Shown: in pieces, positions 32,545 to 42,200 of the stretch
Layout: each line of letters starts with the position of its first letter
Numbering within the stretch: the first letter of the stretch is position 1
Made by a program: the position numbers and the translations under genes
Notes under the pieces: model-generated
Seen by the model: only the letters and a program-made list of their open reading frames with translations
What the model was told of the DNA's origin: nothing
The model's database searches: none
Assembly (NCBI GenBank): GCA_024400775.1
Contig: JAKSMF010000002.1
Coordinates: 1 to 43,466, forward strand
Reading direction: 5' to 3'
DNA from: Bacteroidales bacterium
GTDB taxonomy: Bacteria > Bacteroidota > Bacteroidia > Bacteroidales > WCHB1-69
Length of the DNA stretch: 43,466 bases

Positions 32545-32770
32545 GCCTCAAATTGACTAATTATCTCATGTTGTTGTTGTTGAAATAGTTCTACTCCGTA
32601 ATTTATTGATACAAAAAGCGTTTTCTGCTTTAACTTGTCCTGAAATCTCGCAAATTTTAAGACCGCAAGTTAAGTACGAAATGCACGCGTTTGATACGTG
32701 GGCTTTTCTTATTTGCGGTCAGGTATGCGAGAACCTAGGACATATAAGCTAAATAAGGTCCACGTTTTTT
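32545..32770 (+). ncRNA. Candidate structured RNA or long leader (~225 nt)
   Basis: Nested helices ctcgca(32647-32652)/tgcgag(32726-32731) and gaccgcaa(32661-32668)/ttgcggtc(32713-32720). Ends at T6 (32765-32770). No ORF; no known RNA family recognised. Confidence 0.3.
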
Positions 32771-32834
32771 GTTATCTACAAACATTGAAGAAATTGCCGG
32801 TGGGCCTTCGGCGTTTATAGGTAAAAAGCCAAAC

Positions 32835-33035
32835 ATGAAAATAATCTCGCAACTGATTGTTCTGGTTTTATGGTCGAATCTTATATATGTACTCCGAAAG
32901 GGGGACAGGTGGATTGGTTCTGGTAATGAGTTTGCCTTGGTCCCGCCCCGTGTGGAGAAAGATTGTAAAATTTTGCAATTCGCGGTGCGCCGTGTGATTG
33001 CCGATTCGGCTATGTCTTCTATTCAGTTTGTGTAG
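32835..33035 (+). CDS. Small hypothetical membrane protein (66 aa)
   Basis: MKIISQLIVLVLWSNLIYVL forms one predicted TM helix. It sits between a promoter box and a terminator-like hairpin, and its coding status is uncertain. Confidence 0.3.
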   Translation: MKIISQLIVLVLWSNLIYVLRKGDRWIGSGNEFALVPPRVEKDCKILQFAVRRVIADSAMSSIQFV

Positions 33036-33044
33036 AAAATATAG

Positions 33045-33114
33045 GAAGGGCAGGGTGATGTTGACCTTTATTTTGGGACTTTTTTAGGTCGGACGTCCTC
33101 TCCCTTCTTTTTTT
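33045..33114 (+). terminator. Compound hairpin plus T7
   Basis: Outer stem gaaggg(33045-33050)/cccttc(33102-33107), inner stem gacct(33063-33067)/aggtc(33086-33090), then T7 (33108-33114). Confidence 0.5.
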
Positions 33115-33120
33115 ATAAAA

Positions 33121-33128
33121 TAACTTTG
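33121..33128 (+). promoter_or_regulatory. -7 box TAACTTTG upstream of the giant ORF
   Basis: Exact TAnnTTTG match, 84 nt upstream of the ATG at 33212. The last ~45 nt of the leader are G-free and AT-rich. Confidence 0.6.
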
Positions 33129-33211
33129 TGCTTGTGAAAAAATGGCATCCATTTGGGTACGTGGGGAAAAAACAACTTTTTAATATAAATATAAAATTAT
33201 ATATAATTTCT

Positions 33212-36200
33212 ATGGGCAACTGTACGATGTTTAAGAACGAAATGAACCGACAGCAGAAACCGATGCGTAGCCGCCAACTGAAGGGTGCGGCTTTCACCTT
33301 TTTGATGCTTATGGCCTTGTTCTTCCCAAGCGTGCTGCCGGCGCAGGTGGCGGTGCCGTTTACCCAGCGTACCTCACAGTATTCGCCAGATCAAGCTGTC
33401 TACCATTTGCAGGGTGATTTCACGATGATTGGCAATACTAATATGGTGGACCCTAACGGTGGCAACACGAATGATGTCAATGCCATGCGTTGGAACAACA
33501 TTGATGCTGCTAATGGGGCGGTAACCAACTCTACTTCTGCCGAGCTGAAGTTCTCTACCGAACGCGGCGCCAATCCCGAATGTACCCGCGTGGTGTATGC
33601 CGGGCTGTACTGGGTGGGCCGCCACGATACCCGTAACGATCCGGCTCCTGAAAGAAGGGTGTTGCGCACCGTTACTCTTCATAACGGCGAAAGGGAAGGG
33701 TCGATCTCTGTTAGCATATCGCTGCCGGACCCAAGCGGTCGCACACGAATTACTAATCTGAGTTCAGGCACTAGTTCTGGACATAAAGTCATCCAATATC
33801 AATTTAGCCAAAATAACACGGTTGTCTCAACTCCCTATATTAACATAGAAAGATATTCCAATGGTGCTCGCTATGCTATCCGTATGAATTCCATGAACAC
33901 GGGGAATGACGGTGCTGCTATTTATAATGACATGCAGTGGAGCTCTGGCACATATCAGATGCGAAATATCACCAGTTTAAGTGCAGGGCAGGGGAGCAGT
34001 GATACTTATAGAGCTAACAACCCGCTGCCGATTCAGATTGCGCAGGTGGGCGATACGATTTACATGCTTACTTCCGTGCATTGGAATAATACTAGCAGCA
34101 ATATAAATAATGATTATTATGTAACCCTTCAGGTTTTGGTTCCCGAAGAGGGATACGCTGAGCCGCGTCGTAAGGTGAAATTCAGACACGAGGATGGTAC
34201 CTATACGCAAGTGACGGCTGCTCAGGGAAATGTTTTTTTCCCAACGATTCCATCAAATGCTCCTAACACTATCAATGAATCAGATTACTATTATGGCATG
34301 TATACTGCGTACGCGGAGGTTACCGATATTGTGCAGGAGTATGGCGAAGGTAACTACTATGTGGCCGACATAGTTTCCGATCTATCTAATGTCAGTAATA
34401 ATCCTATTGGTAAATTGGGCGCATGGACGCTGGTAGTCATTTATGAAAATACGATGATGAAGTGGCGCGACATTACGGTGTTTGATGGCTGGGCCTTTAC
34501 AGGCGGTGCAAACCCAAATACGGATGTAGCTATCTCGGGTTTCCGAACCGTGCAGGTGGGCAAGGTTGGTGTGAAGTTGGGTATGGCGGTAATGGATGGA
34601 GATAGAGGTTCTAGTACGGACAAAGTATACATTCAGAAACTGAATACAGACGAGTATCAGCAGTTGCTTAATCCGAGTTCTGATTTATATAGCACAAGTG
34701 ATGACAATTTTTTCCAATCCGTTATATATACTCCGGAAAATGCGGCTCGTAATCCAAGACAGACCAACAACTACGGTATTGATATTGTCGTAATGGATGT
34801 GCCCAACGAGAACAATTCGGTGATGGCGAACGAGCAGACAAGCACCCGTTTCCGTTATGCTTCAACAAGAAGGGACAACTATGCGGCCTTCTTGTATGTG
34901 ATGGGGGTAGATGCCTACATTCCGGACGCGCAGGCCATAGACGCGGTGATGGAAAACGCTTCCGCCGTTTATGACCCAGATATGGACGTGTGGGTTTCGC
35001 ATCCGGGCGACACCGTAACCTTTACCATTAAGGTTCACAACTACGATGTGGAAGACATTCGCGACGCGATGGTAACGCTGCCTATGCCACCTACCGTTGA
35101 GTTTTATGAGTTGGAGGCCGAATATTCCGACGGCCGCACCGGTGAGTTCTACTTTGATCCGTTAGAAGGAGTGAACGGAACAGCGCATTGGAGCATCGAC
35201 TATTTACCGGCGGGCTATCCCGACTCTGTCTGGGCCACTTTCAAGCTCCATTGCTATATCACACGCGACTGTTATGTGCTGGCTTCTACTTCAGAAGAGT
35301 GTTTGCTTGACCTCGTGGTTAATGGTACGTTGTCGGGCACTTCGGTCATCAACGGCGTTTGTTTTGAACACCCCTTTATTCAAGGTTTCCAACAGGATGG
35401 AGTTTGTAGAGGAGCGGCTATTGCGGAGAGTCTGCGTGTGGTCATCGACCGTGCGGACTATGTACGCAACCATTGCGACTGCAGCAATGGGGGGGGCACA
35501 TTCAACACCGAGTGTTATAAAAACCGGAGTATCGGCTTCTGTTTGTCGGATGGCGATGTTGTGCCGTTTGATAAGGTGGCGAAATATTATCCGGATGGCA
35601 CCCGTTTTTATTTGGGCAGTGACCGCAGTGTGGAATACACCTATGCCACTGGTTTTCCGGCGGCGGCGCAGAGCACGTCGGTAGTGGCCGTATTGCCCAC
35701 CAACAGCAGTTGCGAGTCCAGTCTCACGTTGGTGCAGACCATTTCTTTCGATACGATTACGTTGCCTGCTTTCGTCAGCAATCCGGTGGAATACTGTATG
35801 AATGACGAACCCCGGCCGTTGTCGGAGTCCATTGTCATTCCGGATACCTCCATCACCAACTACGGTGCGCAGGTAATCTTTTTCAAAAGCCATCCGGGTG
35901 ACGATCCGCTGCATCCGGATGTGCCGGCGTATTCCGACATTACGCCCAGCACCAGCGCGGTGGGCATTACCAGCTACTGGGTGGTGCAAATTGCGACAGC
36001 TCCGGGTATGGAGTGCTACCACTCCACTCCGATGAAGCTTGAGGTGTTGGTAAAGAGTCCGCTCACCATTTCCAGCGATGTGGAGAGCCCGTCGTGTGTG
36101 GGCGTGCCGGTTAATTTCACTCCGGATGTTGTGGGAGGAGAATACGACATTCCTGAAGAAATCTTACCATATGTATATATAAATAACCAGACGAGTGTGG

Positions 36201-39200
36201 CCACTTTGTCGGGTACGGCGCCTGCCGGCACCTATACTTTCTCGTACACGGCGCCGCCGTCAACCGACCCCGATGGCTGTCCGCATGCTTTAACGCAGGC
36301 CATCACGCACACGGTGACCACGATTTCTGCCGGTGGACATATTATCCCGCTCAATCCGGGCTCCATTTGTCAGGGTTCTCCGGTTCCTGATTTTCGAATT
36401 GACCAGATGGCAGGCCGTGTGGTGAGATGGGAATATCGAAAAGGTACGGATCCATGGCAGGTCATCCCCAACAACACAACGCGGATAAACCAATCGAATC
36501 TGCCTGAGTTAACTCAAGGTACCTACCAGTTCAGAGCCCTCGTGCAGAGTGGAGATTGTGAACCGACTTATTCCGATACGTCATCGCTGACGGTATCAAA
36601 CTATGTCGCTGAGGCTGCGCCTACGGGCGGAGTGCAATATTTTTGCGTGGGTTCTGAAGTTACTTTGAGTAACCCTGACAATTCGGGCACATACAATTGG
36701 TACACTTCCGAATATGGCGGCGAGCCCGATAATGCGAACCGCACCTTTGAAATGACCGAAGCTTGGGAGCAACGCTATGTTTCCCAGCGCAGCCATATCG
36801 GTGACAATGTTTATTGCGAAAGCCAGCGAGCTTTGGTAGAAGCCCGTCCGTATTTCAATGCAGGTGCTATTCGCAACGGGCAGCAGGTGGTTTGCGGAAC
36901 CGGTACCATCAACACGATTGGTTCCGCCGATGATGCCGCGGCCACTGTGGGGGTAACCGGTTATAACGGTGCCGCGCCCACGTTTACTTATCACTGGTAT
37001 ATGTCGAAAAACGGAGGCGCTGAAACCAGCTTGTCAGCTACCACGGCCACGTTGAATCCCGCTACGTATGTCAGCGGAAACGGCACTTATACGTTCCGCC
37101 GTACGGCCTCCTTCAGACTTCAAACTGGTGTTTATGGAAATGGTAATCCCCGATATACAAACTGCGGGGAGCTTCCCTCCGACGGCACCTACAAGTTGAT
37201 ATTGGGAGTTCCGGATGCGACCATAGCAACGCCTGAAAATACGGTATTATGTCATGATGGCAGCATTCAGCTAACGTTGACTGCTCCATTTTCTTCATTG
37301 TTTTCTTATCAGTGGTATCGAAACGGTACGGCCATTATCGATGCCAACGGTTCTAATTATACGGCTACTGCGTCGGGCAACTACACCGTAAAGGTTACCG
37401 ACCGGGCCAGCGGCTGTAATGCTACTTCCAGCACGCCGATAACGCTCACCGAAGACAATACGTCACCAGTAGTTTCACAAAGCACAATCAGTACAGAAAT
37501 TACAAGCTGCTCCATCACCGCCCTGCCTGCGGCATATACTACGGTGGCAGAGTTGGAAAGCGGTTTGCACGTCAGTATCAGCGATAATCATACGTCTGAT
37601 GCCGATTTGGAAGTTTCCCACGCGGATGACACCACATCTACAGTATGTCCGTTTGTGGTTACGCGTACCTACACCATTGCCGACGAATGCGGCAATGAGG
37701 CCACCATCGAACAGACTTTTACCATCCAAAATGAAACAACTCCGGTCATTACGGTTGCTTCACAAAACAATCCTGCCGGCGCTTGCAATCCGACGAGCAT
37801 CACCGCACCGACCTTCACGGTAACGGATGTGTGTGCGGACACTCCGACACCCACCGTAAGTACGACAGGACCTACGGGCACCGGCTGTGCCAAGAGCCAG
37901 ACTTGGACGGCCACCTACACCAGCGTGTGCGGCGTAGAGGCCACTCCGGTTGAAGTGACCTATTCTTGGAAAGAAGATGCTGAAAAGCCAACAATCGGTA
38001 CGATTGCCGCGCAGGATGCAACGCCCGCTGGCAGTTGTAAATACAAAATCCCGGGTCTGACAGATGTGGTGAGAAACGTATCCTCCGACAACTGCACGGC
38101 TGGCGATGATTTGGCCGTCAGTCAAAATATTGCCGCTAATACGGAATATGTGCAGACAAATTCCGAACAGAACATCAACGTCACGGTTACCGTAACCGAT
38201 GCCTGCGGCAACGAGCAGACCAAGACGGTGGTGGTGAAGATTCCGGCCAAGGTGACGGCTAATGTCACTTCCACGACGAACATCGACTGTTACGACGGTG
38301 AGACTGGCGCCATCGAACTGACGGCCACCGGCGGCACACCGGACTATACGTATTCCTGGACGGGTCCGAATTCCTATACTTCGACCGATGAAGACCTTAC
38401 CAGCCTGAAAGCCGGCACTTACGCAGTCACCGTAACGGACGACAACGGTTGTACGGCAACGGCCAATGCAACATTGACGCAGCCGGCCAGCGACATCAGC
38501 ATAACCCTCACTCCTACGAACGTGCTCTGCAACGGCAAGGAGACCGGCGCCATCACGGCCACCGTTACCGGCGGCACACCCGACTACGACTACGAATGGG
38601 GCACCGGCGCCACGACGGCCACCGTTTCCGGCCTCTCAGCCGGCGAATACACCGTGACCGTCACTGACAATAAGGGCTGTGAGAAGGAGGCATCCGTCAC
38701 CATTACCGAGCCCGCCACGGCGGTGAACATCACCACCATCAATAAAACCAACGTGCTCTGCAAGGACGCAGCCAACGGAACCGCGGAAGTGGTGGCCGAA
38801 GGCGGTACTTTGGCAGCAGGCCATACATATAATTATATATGGAGCAACGATGCCACCACGGCATCCATCAGCAATCTGGCTCCGGCAACCTACACCGTGA
38901 CCGTCACCGACGACAACGAATGCGAGGCAACGGGCGAAGTGAAAATCACCGAGCCTACGGCGCTGACGCTGACCACGGAGGAATCCAACGTCAGTTGCGC
39001 GGGCTCATCCAACGGCAGCGTGAACGTGACCGTCAGCGGCGGCACGAGCCCGTACACCTATGCCTGGAGCGGCGACGCCACCTCTTCTGAGGAAGACCTT
39101 GAGGATTTGGGCGGCGGCACCTACACCCTGATTGTCACCGACCACAACGGCTGTACGGTCACTGAGACCATCGAAATAGAAGAGCCCGACGTGCTTTCTT

Positions 39201-42200
39201 TGGGACTTTCTCCAGTTTCAGAAACCTGCGACGGCGGCGATGGTAAGATTACCGCAGCGGCCACGGGCGGCACCCAGTTCGACCTCGGCGGTGAAAATCC
39301 GTACTATCTATACTCTTGGTACAGAAAAACTTCCGCTACCGACTCCGTTTTGATTGCAAGCAATGTGACACAAATTGACACTTTGTCGGCAGGTAACTTC
39401 ACGGTAGTAGTGAAGGATGCCAACGGCTGCGAAGCGCAGGCATCCGTAACCTTGAAACTTGACAATCCGTTGGCCATCAACACCACATTGTCGGCCAACC
39501 CGACCATCTGTAGCGGTGGCTCATTTTCGTTTGCACCGGAAGACGGCGAGGACGGCAGCGTTCCGGATGGAACACTTTATTCCTGGGAAGCTCCTGTAGT
39601 AGAAAACGTCTCCAACACCCATGCCGGCGTTAACCAGTCAACCATCCACGACGAGGGCATCGTCTATACCGGCACCGCACCCTCTGTGGATATTCCTTAC
39701 AACGTGGTCGCCACCTACGGCGAAATCTGCCAGAACTCCACCACCGTCACGGTAACCGTGAGCGCCACGGTGAACGGTAACATGACCATTGCGCTGACCA
39801 ACGACACCGTCTGTCCGAATGTCGGCACGAAGACTTTGACCGCCACCTTAGGCAACCTGACCAACAATTACGATATCACTTGGACATTCAACGGCTCTGA
39901 GACAACACAATCCCGCAACCAGAGCGAGACTACGCCGACCTTGAATGTCACCATTCCTTCCGACAACTGCAATGTTGTATATCCGTACACGGTTTCTGTG
40001 GAGGACGAACTTCATTGTAAGAATTCAAAGACCGGCAACATCGTTGTCAGAATTCCGGACTGGAATATTAGTGAAGCCAATGGCAGCAAAACTGTTGCCT
40101 GTCCTTCCGCTGCAGTTCCTCCGACACTTCCGACCGTTACGGACGGCTGCGGCAATACACTGACTCCGCAATCCATCGGTTTCGATCCTGAAACAGACGA
40201 TCCTGTTACCTGCAGTGGCACCGTTGAGTACAAATATCGTTACACTGCTTGCGACAACAGCTACAAGGATTGGACTTATACCTATATTATTAAAGACTCT
40301 ATCGCTCCTGTCTTGGAGGACTGCAGCGGTTTGGACGAAGAACTCACCGCTACCGACTGCGAATTCACCGTTCCTGACTTCGAGGATGACGTGCTGGATC
40401 TGGCCTCCGACAACTGTACGGTGGCCGAATACGTGCAGAGTCCGGCAGCCGGCACCGTGATTACGGCGACAACGGATGTGACGGTCTATGTAAAAGATGC
40501 CTGCGGCAACGAAAGCGCGCACCGCACCATCACGGTGACGGTTCCCGCGCCGGTACAACTGGCAGAAGTGACGGCTGAGCACGTGGACGTTTTGTGTAAA
40601 AACGATGCCACGGGCAGCTTCAAGGTAAGCGCTACGCAGGGCAAGTCTCCATACACCTATACCTTAGGAACCACGAGCAACAGCACCGGCGAGTTCAGCG
40701 GTTTGGAAGACGGCACCTACACCGTGACCGTGACCGACGCAAACGGCTGTACCAACACGGTTGATGTGACCATTAACGAACCTACCGCCGTATTGACGGC
40801 TTCCGTTCCCGCCCCCACAGCTATTTGTAACGGTGGCTCGCAGACCCTTACAGTAGAGGTGGGCGGCGGCACAGCGGGATACGGCTATCAGTGGAGCGAC
40901 GGTTCTAACACCAACTCCATCACCGTCAGTCCTACCGCGACGACGACCTATTCCGTCACTGTCACTGACGAACACGAATGTACCGCAAGCGACAGCAAGA
41001 CGCTGACGGTTTACAGCCTGCCCATTGTGGAACTCGACGGTGTGAGCGACCTCTGTCCGAACGTGGGCAGCACCAATCTGACGGCAGAAATCACCACAAC
41101 TTCTGCTGCTCCTTACAAATACGAGTGGACCGGTATGACGGTGACACCGGCCAGTACCGCCGGCTCAACCGCAACCAGCAACACGGTTTCTGCTACGATT
41201 CCGACTACCTGCGGCGCCAGCTACACGGTGACCGTGACGCTGACCGACAACCACGGCTGTACAGTGACCGACGATGCTACCGTTACCGTGAAGACGCCGG
41301 CTACCCCGAGCATCGCGTTGGCTGATGGCACGGATGCCTCCACCAACCTCGGCTGCAACCCGGCAAGCATCCCGACCGTAACGAAAGACAATTTCGTTGT
41401 TACGGACGAATGCGACGCGAGCGCGATAGCTACTGTTACACCTGGTGACGAACAGGTTGACGGCTGCACGCACAGCAAGACCTGGACGGCAAGCTACACA
41501 AATTCTTGCGTAACGGCTGCTACATCCAAGACCGTAACCTATACCTGGACGGTGACCACCGCTCCCGAAGTAACCCCGAGCGACGAACTCGCCGAATCGG
41601 GCACCGTAATGGACTGCAATTGGGATTATGAAAATGAAGGACCGACCTCTGCAGACTTCAACTTGGTATCTGGAGACTGTGAGACGGATCCTGACGTTAC
41701 CGTAACCAGCAAGGTTACCGGCGATTGCACCAAGACCGGCATCTGGACCGCTAAGTACGAAAATCAATGCGGACAGAAGGACTCTGTCAAAGTGACCTAC
41801 ACGTGGACGGCTGATGAGGAAGGTCCGGCCATCACGGGCACATTGGAAGACATCAACGTAGCGGGCTGCGACGAAACCGCCGTTCCTGCCGCTGCGACTA
41901 CCGTGGCCGCATTGGAAGAAATGGGCGTCGAGATCAGCGACAATTGTTCGAGTACGTTCACGGTTTCTTCTGAAGATGCGGACGCTTCTGGCGCCTGCGT
42001 CAAGACGGTGGTGAGGACCTACACCGTCACCGATGCCTGCGGAAACTCATCTACGGCAACGCAGAACATCATCATCACGCCGGCAGACTTTATCTCCAAC
42101 ATGCCGGAACCTGGCGAGAAAACCGTGTCCTGCGCCGCCTCCGTAGGCACACCGGCCACGCCCACGGTTGAGGATGCCTGCGGCAATGTCATTACCGATA

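Noticed and set aside
33019-33297. 92-aa minus-strand ORF spanning the giant-gene start
   Set aside because: It overlaps the terminator hairpin, the promoter box and the signal-peptide codons of the giant ORF. Its translation is AT-rich and low-complexity.
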